DNA from: an uncultured Acidobacteriota bacterium
GTDB lineage: Bacteria; Acidobacteriota; CAIWXX01
Assembly (NCBI GenBank): GCA_903916735.1
Contig: CAIWXX010000003.1
Span: 974 to 64,973 of the forward strand
DNA length: 64,000 nt
Reading direction: 5' to 3'
The notes beneath the pieces are model-generated. The model was given only the letters and a program-made list of their open reading frames with translations, made no database searches and was not told the DNA's origin. The translations under genes were made by a program, and so were the position numbers. Within the stretch, counting starts at the first letter, position 1. The number at the start of each line of letters is the position of its first letter. Below are positions 51,218 through 61,213 of the stretch, piece after piece.

Positions 51218-52232
51218 GGCGCTATTTGGCCTGGCCTTGATACTTTCCGCCTTTCCATTGATGGGCGCCGAGATTCATTGCCGGGTGATCAACGGAACGA
51301 CAATGCATCCTTGTTCACCGGAAAGCGCTGTTGTTCTGAAACTCGTCGAAGGGATGCAGGAAATTCAGGCGCTCCGGAATCCAGGTCCAACATTTTCATT
51401 TAAGAACCTGCCGGCCGATCAGCAGTATCTTCTGCAAATCACCTATCAAAGTGTCCGGTACAATTTCGCAATCGCATTCGGCCAGAGTGAGAGCATCGAC
51501 AAGGAGATAACAGTTTACAATGTCGCGGATGATGATTCGCATATTATGATTACCATTCCGAGTCTGCTCGTGAGCCTGGAATATGGCCGCATGAAGATTC
51601 ACCTCATGTGCGACGTTCGGAATGATGGTACAACTGTCTATTCAGGTGGGGCAGCCGGCACTTTCAAATTCTCGCTTCCCGATGGATTCAGTGTTGTGGA
51701 ATCCGCAACAGCGACGTCCGCTGGAATGCCGACTCATCAGAGAATCGTGAAGCTCCCAGGCGATCCTTCATATGCCATGGATTACCCAATCAGGCCCGGC
51801 AATACTCAGATCGAACTGGAATATAGCGCCTCTTTTTCGGGGGGATTCGATTATCATCAGAAATTCTACTATCCGGTTGTTCAGACGAATGTCTTCATGA
51901 AGCCGTCGTCTGTTTCAGTTCGTTCGATCATGATGCATAAGGTCGGTGAAAAAGAGGAGGGATCGGCTGCATATGTGAGTGGTCCGATAGCAAAGGGGGC
52001 GTCTCTGGATTTCAGCCTCAATGGAACTGCCGCTGTCGCCGGCGCCTCGCAGGAAGCTGATAAGACGGCGGCCGAGAGCGGCCCGCGGGTAGAGGAACAA
52101 CCACCATCACTATATCGCTATCGGATACAGATCATTCTGCTATTGGTTTTCATCACCAGCTTTTCTTTCTGGCATGGCCTTAGAGAACCGAAGGGGGAAT
52201 TGAGGAGTCCGAAAAAGAAAGCGAGACGATGA
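51207..52232 (+). CDS. Exported beta-rich (Ig-like) protein with C-terminal TM anchor
   Basis: GTG start overlapping the upstream stop; signal peptide; VINGTT, FSFKNL..YLLQITYQ.V.Y; C-terminal TM plus basic tail. Confidence 0.75.
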   Translation: MLNKALFGLALILSAFPLMGAEIHCRVINGTTMHPCSPESAVVLKLVEGMQEIQALRNPGPTFSFKNLPADQQYLLQITYQSVRYNFAIAFGQSESIDKEITVYNVADDDSHIMITIPSLLVSLEYGRMKIHLMCDVRNDGTTVYSGGAAGTFKFSLPDGFSVVESATATSAGMPTHQRIVKLPGDPSYAMDYPIRPGNTQIELEYSASFSGGFDYHQKFYYPVVQTNVFMKPSSVSVRSIMMHKVGEKEEGSAAYVSGPIAKGASLDFSLNGTAAVAGASQEADKTAAESGPRVEEQPPSLYRYRIQIILLLVFITSFSFWHGLREPKGELRSPKKKARR

Positions 52233-52437
52233 AGAGCCATCAGGCACTCAGGATTCAGCACTCAGTGCTGTTGGATACAAGGGAGACCTGATGTCAGTTT
52301 CATAAAATGAATGATATGCAACGAATGAAATGTCGGCGCACCAAGGGTTGGAATGACAAGCCTCAAATTGGTGGCGGAAAGATCAATACCGATTGCCATC
52401 GTCGGAGAACTAGGATTTAGAGGTATCATCTAATTTC

Positions 52438-53172
52438 ATGACACCTCAAATGCTGATGGAAACCATCCGAGCCGAAAAAGTGACAAAGGCTTTTGGGCGA
52501 ACCTATGCCCTGAAAGAGATCACTCTCACGATCGCAACCGGGGAATTCGTCGGCCTGTTCGGCCCTAATGGCGCCGGCAAGAGCACATTCTTGCGAATTT
52601 GCGCCGCTCTGATTCGGCCGACAGCAGGGCGCCTGCTGGTGCGCGGCAAAGATGTTTGGAAGAACCTCACGATGAGAGGTGAGATAGGATTTCTCTCACA
52701 TGCGATCGGCCTGTATCCGAATCTCACGGTCACGGAAAATCTCCTCTATTTTGCGAAACTCTCCGCCTTGAAGGATCCGGTTCGGCGAGTCGATGAAGTG
52801 ATCGACAAACTCGATATGGCCACGTATGCCGGAATGGAAGTCGGCCGGTTGAGCCGCGGGTGGCAGCAGCGGGCGGCGATCGCTCGCGGATTGTTGAATG
52901 ACCCGCAGATACTGCTCTGGGACGAGCCTTTCACGGGGTTAGATGAAATAGCAACCAGGATGATCCTCGGCCTCCTCGATGACTTCCGCGCGCAGGGCCG
53001 CTCTGCGATTATCTCTTCCCACGATTTCTCTCGGACCATGGAGGTGTGCGGAAGAGCAATCATGATCGATCGAGGCAGGATTGAATATGATGGAGCCGGA
53101 GTGGATGTTGCCGACGCTTATCGGAGAATCATGAGCGTCAGGGCCGGCACTTCGACGGCAGAGACCGCATGA
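52438..53172 (+). CDS. ccmA: Heme exporter ABC ATPase CcmA
   Basis: GPNGAGKST, LSRGWQQR, LLWDEP; upstream of ccmBC. Confidence 0.92.
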   Translation: MTPQMLMETIRAEKVTKAFGRTYALKEITLTIATGEFVGLFGPNGAGKSTFLRICAALIRPTAGRLLVRGKDVWKNLTMRGEIGFLSHAIGLYPNLTVTENLLYFAKLSALKDPVRRVDEVIDKLDMATYAGMEVGRLSRGWQQRAAIARGLLNDPQILLWDEPFTGLDEIATRMILGLLDDFRAQGRSAIISSHDFSRTMEVCGRAIMIDRGRIEYDGAGVDVADAYRRIMSVRAGTSTAETA

Positions 53173-53849
53173 AGAAAGCCTTTTCGCAGTTTGTCATTCT
53201 TTATACCAAGGACATTCGCCTTGAAATGCGCTCCAAAGAAACATTGCTGCCGATGTTCGTGTTTGGGCTGCTCGTGCTCACGATTTTCAATTTCGCGTTC
53301 GATTTCCCGCCGGATCAGATCATGTCCGCCACGGGCGGCATGTTGTGGATCGCCTTGACCTTCAGCATGACGCTTGGTATCAGCCGTTCCTTCGGACTCG
53401 AAAAAGAATACGGCTCGCTGGACTCGACCTTGTTGGCTCCGGTGGACCGCGGACTCATCTTCCTCGGCAAGCTTCTCTCGAACTTCACGGTCGCACTCAT
53501 TCAGGAGGTGCTTCTCCTTCCTTTCCTTTTTCTCTTTTTCAACATTCCGATGTTTCCGGCATTCCCTTGGTTTATTTCTGTTATTCTCCTCGGTACCTTT
53601 GGTTTCTGCGCCGTGGCGACATTGTTTTCGGCAGTGACATTGAATGCCCGGATGCGAGAAGTGATGCTGCCACTCCTTGTTTTTCCGATTTACATTCCGG
53701 CCGTGATCGGCGCCGTGAGGGCCACAACATCCATCATTAGCGGCGAACCGCTCGCCTGGGCCTTTGCCTGGATCAGGCTTCTCATCGTTTTCGATATCAT
53801 CTTCGTCACGCTGGCGTATCTGCTATTTGAATATGTGCTCGAAGAGTAA
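53169..53849 (+). CDS. ccmB: Heme exporter permease CcmB
   Basis: KDIRLEMRSKE, SFGLEKEYGSLD, REVMLPLLVFP. Confidence 0.93.
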   Translation: MKKAFSQFVILYTKDIRLEMRSKETLLPMFVFGLLVLTIFNFAFDFPPDQIMSATGGMLWIALTFSMTLGISRSFGLEKEYGSLDSTLLAPVDRGLIFLGKLLSNFTVALIQEVLLLPFLFLFFNIPMFPAFPWFISVILLGTFGFCAVATLFSAVTLNARMREVMLPLLVFPIYIPAVIGAVRATTSIISGEPLAWAFAWIRLLIVFDIIFVTLAYLLFEYVLEE

Positions 53850-53933
53850 GACGACTGATTTGAGAAATAGAGAGGCGAACGGTAAACTCATGTTCCGATT
53901 TTTATTGCAAAGCATGAGCAGGTTAGCGATCCG

Positions 53934-54626
53934 ATGAAAAATCGAAGTTTCATTTGGACGGTTCTTTCTTACTCGCTTCTTATTGCCATGCTCATCGATC
54001 TTTATCTCGTTCTTCTCGTCGCCCCAACTGAGCGCACGATGGGCGATGTGCAACGAATTTTTTACTTTCATGTGCCATCGGCCTGGGTAGCGTTTCTCGC
54101 ATTTTTCACTGTTTTTTTTGGAAGCGTCGCCTACATCGCGACTCGGAATGTTCGATATGATCGGCAGGCGATTGCATCGGCTGAAATTGGCGTCGCTTTC
54201 TGCACGATTGTGCTGGTCACCGGTCCGATCTGGGCACGCCCGGTATGGGGTATCTGGTGGACCTGGGATCCGCGATTGACGTCGACTCTTGTACTGTGGC
54301 TGATTTATGCGAGTTACCTCCTGCTGCGAGGCTTCATCGAAGATCCCGGCCGTCGCGCGATCCTGTCGGCTGTGGTTGGCATCGTCGGATTTGTGGATGT
54401 CCCGATCGTGTATATGTCGATTCGGTGGTGGAGGACCCAGCATCCGTCGCCTGTCTTCGCCGGAGGCGCTGAGAGCGGGCTGGATCCTGACATGAAAATT
54501 GTTTTCTTTTTTTCGCTTGCTGTTTTCATGCTGCTCTATGCGGTTCTCCAAGGTCTTTCAATTCAGATCAAGCGAGTCGAATCCGATGTTGTTGAATTGA
54601 GCCGTCGAGCGGCTGAAAAGGAATAG
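53934..54626 (+). CDS. ccmC: Heme exporter/cytochrome c biogenesis protein CcmC
   Basis: RIFYFHVPSAW, WARPVWGIWWTWDPRLT (WWD), WWRTQHP. Confidence 0.96.
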   Translation: MKNRSFIWTVLSYSLLIAMLIDLYLVLLVAPTERTMGDVQRIFYFHVPSAWVAFLAFFTVFFGSVAYIATRNVRYDRQAIASAEIGVAFCTIVLVTGPIWARPVWGIWWTWDPRLTSTLVLWLIYASYLLLRGFIEDPGRRAILSAVVGIVGFVDVPIVYMSIRWWRTQHPSPVFAGGAESGLDPDMKIVFFFSLAVFMLLYAVLQGLSIQIKRVESDVVELSRRAAEKE

Positions 54627-54630
54627 ACGT

Positions 54631-54783
54631 ATGAACTACTTATTCGCGGCATTCTGCTTCATTTGGATTGTTCTCTTCGGCTATCTTCGATTTCTACAAA
54701 AGCGCTTGAAGGCGTTGCAGCAGGAAATATCGCTCTTGAAAGAAGCAATTCGGAAATCCCTGCCCGATGAAGGCGGCCGCTGA
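54631..54783 (+). CDS. ccmD: CcmD (50 aa; not in the ORF track)
   Basis: MNYLFAAFCFIWIVLFGYLRFLQKRLKALQQEI..., 4 nt after ccmC. Confidence 0.85.
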   Translation: MNYLFAAFCFIWIVLFGYLRFLQKRLKALQQEISLLKEAIRKSLPDEGGR

Positions 54784-54913
54784 ATTTGGCTGGCGATGAA
54801 GCATGGATTGGGATTCATCAAAGCACTCTGAAGAGGCACGCTCCTGATTTCGAGATACGAATACGCCCCAGTGATTTTGAACGCAACGGGATTCGGCATG
54901 CGACCGGTGGCGG

Positions 54914-57538
54914 CTATTTTTCTACCGGATCAGCGTCAGGCTCTTTAATAATCGCTTCAGCCGCTTCGGATCGCAACTTCGTCAAACAGTCAGGGCAGAT
55001 ACCGTGGCTGAAATCCGCCTGAGAGTGTTCGGCAATATACGTCTCGATCTGCTGCCAGTACCCCTCATCGTTTCGAATCTTCTTGCACCATGCACAGATG
55101 GGAATTAACCCGCCGAGAATTCTTAATTTCGTCAAGGCTTCATCGATGCCTTGCTGCAGCTCTTTGGCGCGCCGCCGGAGACGGGTAGTGCGGAGATGGA
55201 CCAAACCGATTGCACCAATCAGGATCGATGTTGCCAGTGTCAGCCGGAACCATGTTGACTGGTAGAGGTGTGGAACGAGCCGAAAAACGAACGCAGCGCC
55301 GTCCTCATTCCATATGCCATCCTTATTGCAGGCCATGACCCGGAAGATGTAGTTCCCAGGCTGAATATTTGTATAGTAAGCTGTCCGCCGGCTTCCAGCT
55401 GAGACCCAATCTTTATCGAATCCCTCCAATCTATATCTGAAGCGAATCTGCTCTGGTGCGAGAAGGCTCAGCCCTGTGTATCTGAACTCGAGCTCTCCAT
55501 TAGACTGTGGAATCTCGGCTCCGCTCATCCATGTTCCCGTTTTATTTGCGATCAATTGCTCGATGATCACCGGGGGCTTATTAATATCGAGATTGATGTG
55601 TTTCGGATCGACCACAACGACACCTTCCATAGTCGAGAACCAGATGCGGCCGTCTCTGGACATGATTGCTGAAGGCTGACTGCCACCGTTGCATTCGCGG
55701 CTCTTCATGCCGTCAGCGATCCCAAAAACCGTTGCGCTGACCCGCTCGCGCTTCCCCTGCGCAACCTCCTCAAGTTCCCCTTTATTGACCCTGAAAATAC
55801 CCTTATTGGAGCTCAACCAGAAGCTTCCCAATCCATCTTCGAATATCTGGTGAATCCCGTTGTCAGGGAGTCCCTGCTTCGTTGTATACACGGTATCGTG
55901 GCCCTGTTCACGCCTGACCAATCCCCCGCCATTTGTGCCGAACCACAAGACATGGTTCGTATCCTCATAGATAGCTCTCACGACATTGATATCTTCCCCA
56001 GCACCTCCCTTGAACCGATATGGGGTAAAGAAACCATTTCTGAACTTGTTGACTCCACCTCCCACCGTGCCGAACCAGAGATTCCCGTCGTGATCTTCAA
56101 GGATGGATGCCACGGTTAGTCCCGAAAGCCCATCCTTCGTGCCGAATACGGTCACCCTGCCGTCTTGAATCCGATTAAGCCCGTTTGATGTCCCGATCCA
56201 AAGGGCGCCCGAGTGGTCTTCGAAAATGCTGAGGATGAAATTGTCAGACAATCCATCCTTCGTTGTGTATGTCCGAAAGCGGCCGCCTTTCAGACAACTG
56301 AGTCCCCCGCCGACCGTGCCGATCCAAAGGCTCCCACGGCGATCCTCCAGAATCGAGACAACGTGGTTGTTGGCTAAGCCGTCGGCAGTCGTATACGCGG
56401 TGAAGACGCCGGCGCGAAGCCGGTTGAGCCCCCCGCCCTGAGTGCCGATCCAGATCACTCCCTTTCGATCCTCATAGACGGAACTCACGACATTCTCCGA
56501 GAGCCCCTCCTGAGTGGTATATGTCGTGAGTCGTGTGTCGCGCAATCGATTGAGCCCGCCACCGTTCGATCCGATCCAGAGGCTGCCCTCCCGATCTTCG
56601 TAAAGATTGAAGATATAATCGACCGACAACCCTTTGGATTTATCGAAAATCTCAAACGTCCCGTCTCTGAAGCGGGCAACGCCGGCACCCCACGTGCTCA
56701 TCCAGAGGTTTCCATCCCTGTCCTCCAGGATATCGCTCACACTGGTGTGCGAAAGCTCAGCGGGCATTTGTAGTGAGACAAACCTCTCACCACTCATGTG
56801 GCTCAAGCCGCCTTGCTGAGTTGACGCCCAAAGAATGCCGTCGTGGTCCTCGAAGATCGAGTTCACACTATCGTTTTTCAATCCGTTTTTCACGGTAAAA
56901 GTTGTGAACTTCCCGCCTTTGAAACACAGAAGGCCGCGCGAGGTGGCCATCCAGATCGCTCCATGACGATCCTCTTGAAATTCGATGATACGGGCGTCGG
57001 AGAACCGCATGAAGGGCAGTGGAATATCAGAAAAAGATGAACCTCGATAGCAGGTCAGGAAGTTCAACCCGCCGATCCATAAAGTACCACTCCTGTCGAC
57101 AAGGAGGGCGGAGACGTCGTTGTTGCCGAGGCCGTCGTGGGCCGTGTAGCTGGTGAAGTGATGATCCAGATATCTGGTAAGACCACTGCGGGTTCCAATC
57201 CAGAGGCAGCCCTCGCGGTCCTCCGCGAGCGCCGTGATCGAATTGCTTGTGAGCGCTTCTGTGTTGGCTCTGTCGAAAAGCGTGAAAGAGATTCCATCAA
57301 AGCGGGCGAGTCCTTCGAGTGTTCCGAACCAGATGTAGCCGTCATGGGTCTGCTGAATGGCTCTGATGGAATTCTGCGGGAGCCCGTCCGCCTCCCGCCA
57401 GACATCATGGCCATATTGGGTGATGGTTTTCTGTGGGTCGAGAGCCTGGGCGGATGGGCCATCAACCAAGAAAATTGTAAGAAGGCACGCAGGAAGAATG
57501 ATGTTGATGTGCCTGGGATTCACTCGTATGCTCATCAT
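54914..57538 (-). CDS. Two-component-regulator beta-propeller and Y_Y_Y sensor, one TM helix, C-terminal CxxC...HGICPxC module
   Basis: Signal peptide; many GL..N.V.SI.EDR.G.LWIGT.GGGL repeats; FRYRLEGFD..W...YTNI.PG.Y.F.V; ICAWCKKIR...FSHGICPDC. Confidence 0.92.
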   Translation of the reverse strand: MMSIRVNPRHINIILPACLLTIFLVDGPSAQALDPQKTITQYGHDVWREADGLPQNSIRAIQQTHDGYIWFGTLEGLARFDGISFTLFDRANTEALTSNSITALAEDREGCLWIGTRSGLTRYLDHHFTSYTAHDGLGNNDVSALLVDRSGTLWIGGLNFLTCYRGSSFSDIPLPFMRFSDARIIEFQEDRHGAIWMATSRGLLCFKGGKFTTFTVKNGLKNDSVNSIFEDHDGILWASTQQGGLSHMSGERFVSLQMPAELSHTSVSDILEDRDGNLWMSTWGAGVARFRDGTFEIFDKSKGLSVDYIFNLYEDREGSLWIGSNGGGLNRLRDTRLTTYTTQEGLSENVVSSVYEDRKGVIWIGTQGGGLNRLRAGVFTAYTTADGLANNHVVSILEDRRGSLWIGTVGGGLSCLKGGRFRTYTTKDGLSDNFILSIFEDHSGALWIGTSNGLNRIQDGRVTVFGTKDGLSGLTVASILEDHDGNLWFGTVGGGVNKFRNGFFTPYRFKGGAGEDINVVRAIYEDTNHVLWFGTNGGGLVRREQGHDTVYTTKQGLPDNGIHQIFEDGLGSFWLSSNKGIFRVNKGELEEVAQGKRERVSATVFGIADGMKSRECNGGSQPSAIMSRDGRIWFSTMEGVVVVDPKHINLDINKPPVIIEQLIANKTGTWMSGAEIPQSNGELEFRYTGLSLLAPEQIRFRYRLEGFDKDWVSAGSRRTAYYTNIQPGNYIFRVMACNKDGIWNEDGAAFVFRLVPHLYQSTWFRLTLATSILIGAIGLVHLRTTRLRRRAKELQQGIDEALTKLRILGGLIPICAWCKKIRNDEGYWQQIETYIAEHSQADFSHGICPDCLTKLRSEAAEAIIKEPDADPVEK

Positions 57539-57658
57539 CGGCCTTTCGTACCAGCGATTCCTGAGCTTGATTCATCGCCTCATTGAAAACGCTTATGCAT
57601 TATTTGAAAAGAACGCATCAAAGACCATCCATCTTGAGCCTCCCTCATCCCGAGGCGG

Positions 57659-57701
57659 AAAAAAATGTCGATTGACAATCACACTGTGATTTTCAAGTCG
57701 A
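57659..57701 (-). terminator. Inverted repeat with U-tract after the RNB gene (terminator or operator)
   Basis: TCGA-TTGACAATCACA-C-TGTGATTTTCAA-GTCGA; the A7 run at 57659-57665 gives a minus-strand U-tract. Confidence 0.55.
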
Positions 57702-59177
57702 TTAGCTGACCTTCACGAAGTCGATATATCCACGTTCCACATCGGTATACATGAGTCGTACACGCACCATCTGGCCGACGTCTTCTCCTTCGAAGCCGTG
57801 AACCAGTCGCCCCTCGACCGGGGGATGGAGCAACCGGACCCATGTTCCTTTGAATGAGGCACCTGTGACGATGGCGTCAAACTGCTCCCCGATCCTAGAC
57901 TCCAGCAGTATGGCCGCGGCGGATTTTCCGACGAGCCGTTCCACCTTGTTCGCATCGTCTTCTTTCAAAGTGCAATGCCGAGCCAGTTCGATGAGCTCAT
58001 CTCTCCCGTAGGGAAGTGGAGATCCCACCAGAACAGCCTTGAGAAGACGTTGCGTAATGAGGTCCGGGTAGCGGCGGTTCGGAGCGGTTGAGTGACTGTA
58101 ATCCTTGACAGCCAGGCCGAAATGGCCCGTGCTGGGCTCCCCAGGGAACTCAATCGTGTATTCACCGTTTCCCAGCAATTTGATGAAGGTCAGTGAGAGA
58201 TCTGGAAAATGAAGAGGATCATCTATTTTTTGATGAGCCATGAATTTTTGAAGAGCGCGCGAATCGGGTTCTTCAGGGAGTCGTGTTCCGAGTTGTGCGG
58301 CCACTTCGATGATACGGTCCCATCGCTTGGGTGAACGAACGACACGGCGAAGCGATGGGGATTGTTTGGCGGTCAGATAGCGGGCGCTGACACCGTTGGC
58401 GGCGATCATGAAGTCCTCGATCAACTCCCTCGCTCGATTCTTCTTTTCAACTCGAAGATCGCGGAGTTCGTCGGCTTCGAACACTGGGCGCGCTTCGATT
58501 GTTTCCAGATCGAGCGCTCCGTGATCCTGGCGAAGCCTCTTCAACATCTGTGCGACCTGATCTTGAGTGCGAAGGTTCTCGGCAAGCGCTTTGTTCGCGG
58601 CGACATGATCCGGTGCCGGCCCTTCACCGGTAAACCATGCCGCGATACTGTTGTAAGCAAGCTTCGCATGATTGCGAACGAGGGCGGAGTAAATATCCGA
58701 GCTTTGCAATGACCCGTCGCTTCCGAACACCATTTCCATCACGATGGCCAGTCGATCCTGATTCTCGGCCAGCGACGTCAGGTCGGTTGACAGCTTCTCC
58801 GGAAGCATGGGAAACACCTGCGCCGGCGTGTAGATTGATGTGGTGTTCTGCCGAGCGTGGTCATCGATCGCCGAACCCTTTTTGACGATGGAGTCTACAT
58901 TCGCGACCGCAACAAGGATCTTTCTCTTTCCGTTCGGCAAGATGTCGGCGACGGTCAATTGATCAAGATCCATAGAATCGTCGTTATCGATCGATGCCCA
59001 GAGCAATTCCCGCAAATCGCGAGTCGGGGCAGTTTCCTGGAGTGATGCCCCATGGATTCGGTCAAGTTCGGCATCGACTTCCGGAGAAAAATCGGGTTGC
59101 AGCCCGCGCTCCATCATGGCTCGGCGGGCGATTTGTTGCAGTATGCTATGGTGTTGGGCACTTTCTTGATTCATCAT
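57702..59177 (-). CDS. RNB-domain (RNase II/R family) ribonuclease lacking N-terminal cold-shock domains
   Basis: SIDNDDSMDLDQ, IEDFMIAAN, HFGLA...YSHSTAPNRRYPDL, C-terminal S1-like domain. Confidence 0.92.
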   Translation of the reverse strand: MMNQESAQHHSILQQIARRAMMERGLQPDFSPEVDAELDRIHGASLQETAPTRDLRELLWASIDNDDSMDLDQLTVADILPNGKRKILVAVANVDSIVKKGSAIDDHARQNTTSIYTPAQVFPMLPEKLSTDLTSLAENQDRLAIVMEMVFGSDGSLQSSDIYSALVRNHAKLAYNSIAAWFTGEGPAPDHVAANKALAENLRTQDQVAQMLKRLRQDHGALDLETIEARPVFEADELRDLRVEKKNRARELIEDFMIAANGVSARYLTAKQSPSLRRVVRSPKRWDRIIEVAAQLGTRLPEEPDSRALQKFMAHQKIDDPLHFPDLSLTFIKLLGNGEYTIEFPGEPSTGHFGLAVKDYSHSTAPNRRYPDLITQRLLKAVLVGSPLPYGRDELIELARHCTLKEDDANKVERLVGKSAAAILLESRIGEQFDAIVTGASFKGTWVRLLHPPVEGRLVHGFEGEDVGQMVRVRLMYTDVERGYIDFVKVS

Positions 59178-59213
59178 TGATTTCTCCTCGCTCGCACCTT
59201 CCTCTTTAGGTGA

Positions 59214-60899
59214 TCATATACTGTTTGTGGTCTTCTCCAGGCGTTTGACGATAATGAACATAAAGGCGGCTGACAACAAGCAGCAGATTGCCAACACCGA
59301 CCAGAGGCTCCAGAGAGGAATCCGATCCCACATTAGACCGATGACACTCACCAGGTAGTTGCCGATCGCCGTGGCTGCGAACCAGCCGCCCTGCATGAGG
59401 CCCTTATATTTCGGCGGTGCAACTTTCGAAACAAAAGAGATGCCCATCGGGCTGAGTAACAGCTCGGCGATTGTCAGCAAGAAATAGGTCACGATCAGCC
59501 AGTACGGGGATATCAGGACATTGGCCGGAGCTACCTGGCCGGCGAGTGCTTTGGGGCTTGGAAGTCCGATCGAACCGACGATGAGAATGCCGAATGAAAT
59601 AGCCGACATCAACATCCCGAAGCCGATTTTCCGCGGCGCTGAAGGTTCCTTGCCACGACGGTTCAAGTAGGCCAGGAAGCCGACCAGGAGCGGCGTCAGA
59701 GCAACGATGAAGAAGGGGTTGAATTGCTGGAACATCTGAGGAGTAAATCGAGTGATGGCTTCGTATCCGTGGAACCGGAACCATGCAAAGAAGGCGAAGA
59801 CGACAGCGCCAATGCCGGTCATCAGGCGCACTGCCCTGCTATTCTTCGCTCGTATGGAGAGCATGACACAGACAACCGTCATGAAGATCGCGAGAAGGGC
59901 CACGAGGTCGAACCAGAGATTGGTCCATCGCCCAACGCTCGGAACTGTGTAGTCACGAGCGAAATAGGTCATCGTCAGGCCGTTTTGTTGGAACGACATC
60001 CAGAAGAAGATGACCACGATAAAAACCAGGATCAGGGCTAACATCCGCTCGCGAGTCTGCTGAGGCGTCAATTCAACGATCCGTCCTTTGTGAGCGTCGC
60101 TCTTGGACTTCTGCTTTTCGGTCATGTCGGCGTCGCGATAGTACTTCCGGAAAAGCCGGAAGACGATCATGGAAGCGATCAGGCTGACGCACGCGCAACC
60201 GAAGGCGTAGTGATAGGATTTACTGAGCGCGTTGATGTAGCTCTCGGAGAAACTCCGGAGCGTTTCCATGGTCACAGTCGGATTCTGCGATCGGGCAATT
60301 TCGAGGAAAGATGCCGTATCAGCCAACCTGCCTTTCATGAATTGGTTGGCCATAGCAGGGATGCGCTGGTCATATGTGAAGTGATATCTATCGAGGATCC
60401 AGTTGCTGACGAAGTTGGCAGCCGTCGGGGCGAACATGGCTCCGATGTTGATGCCCATGTAGAAAATGTTGTAGGCCCGGTCGCGGATCGGGCTATAGCG
60501 CGGGTCATCATAGAGGTTGCCGACAAGCGCTTGCAGATTGCCTTTGAAGAAGCCGGTGCCAAGGGCGATAACCCCCATGGCCGCCACAACCATGCTGAAT
60601 CCCGTGCCGGAGTTGGTTGGAAGGGTCAGCATAAAATACCCGAGGAACATGACGATCAGTCCGATGCTGATAGCCCGGCCGTAGCCGAGATACCGGTCGG
60701 CCAGGAAGCCTCCCAGCAAAGGAAAGAAATAGGCAAAGAAAAGAAATGTGGCATAGACTCCGCCCGCCGCCGCCGCGTCCATGCCGTATTTGGCCTGGAG
60801 AAATAGAACGACAATGGCCAGCATGGTGTAGTAGCCGAAGCGTTCTCCCATGTTGGTGAAAAATGCAACATACAGTCCCTTGGGATGCTCTTTAAACAT
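59214..60899 (-). CDS. Proton-dependent oligopeptide transporter (POT/PTR family)
   Basis: HPKGL...ERFGYY, GGFLADR.LG, FYMGINIG, AELLLSPMG. Confidence 0.93.
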   Translation of the reverse strand: MFKEHPKGLYVAFFTNMGERFGYYTMLAIVVLFLQAKYGMDAAAAGGVYATFLFFAYFFPLLGGFLADRYLGYGRAISIGLIVMFLGYFMLTLPTNSGTGFSMVVAAMGVIALGTGFFKGNLQALVGNLYDDPRYSPIRDRAYNIFYMGINIGAMFAPTAANFVSNWILDRYHFTYDQRIPAMANQFMKGRLADTASFLEIARSQNPTVTMETLRSFSESYINALSKSYHYAFGCACVSLIASMIVFRLFRKYYRDADMTEKQKSKSDAHKGRIVELTPQQTRERMLALILVFIVVIFFWMSFQQNGLTMTYFARDYTVPSVGRWTNLWFDLVALLAIFMTVVCVMLSIRAKNSRAVRLMTGIGAVVFAFFAWFRFHGYEAITRFTPQMFQQFNPFFIVALTPLLVGFLAYLNRRGKEPSAPRKIGFGMLMSAISFGILIVGSIGLPSPKALAGQVAPANVLISPYWLIVTYFLLTIAELLLSPMGISFVSKVAPPKYKGLMQGGWFAATAIGNYLVSVIGLMWDRIPLWSLWSVLAICCLLSAAFMFIIVKRLEKTTNSI

Positions 60900-61213
60900 G
60901 TCTGCCTCGCTTTTTTTACTAGCGTCCTTTTACCACACACCTCCGTCTCCGCCAACATTTATGTGATGAGATTCATGACCGGACGAATGATCCGGCTAGG
61001 CCGCGGGTCATTGTGTCGTGTCCTGCAATGAAGTGATCGCCTTCACTGAGATACATATCAAAACACGGAAGTGCGCCTTTTTCTTGCTTCGAAATGCTCC
61101 TGGCGCCTCTATCGATGGGAAACGAGGGAGAGTTTGGGGTGAAATTGCCTGCCGCCATCCGTTTGACTCACTTGAACGGTTCATGTTACAAATCTTGTTC
61201 TGGTGAGCTTAAA

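Noticed and set aside
52240..52270. Short heptamer-like repeats (CACTCAG-GATTCAG-CACTCAG) inside the ccm cluster gap
   Set aside because: Only three degenerate units; too short to support a functional call.
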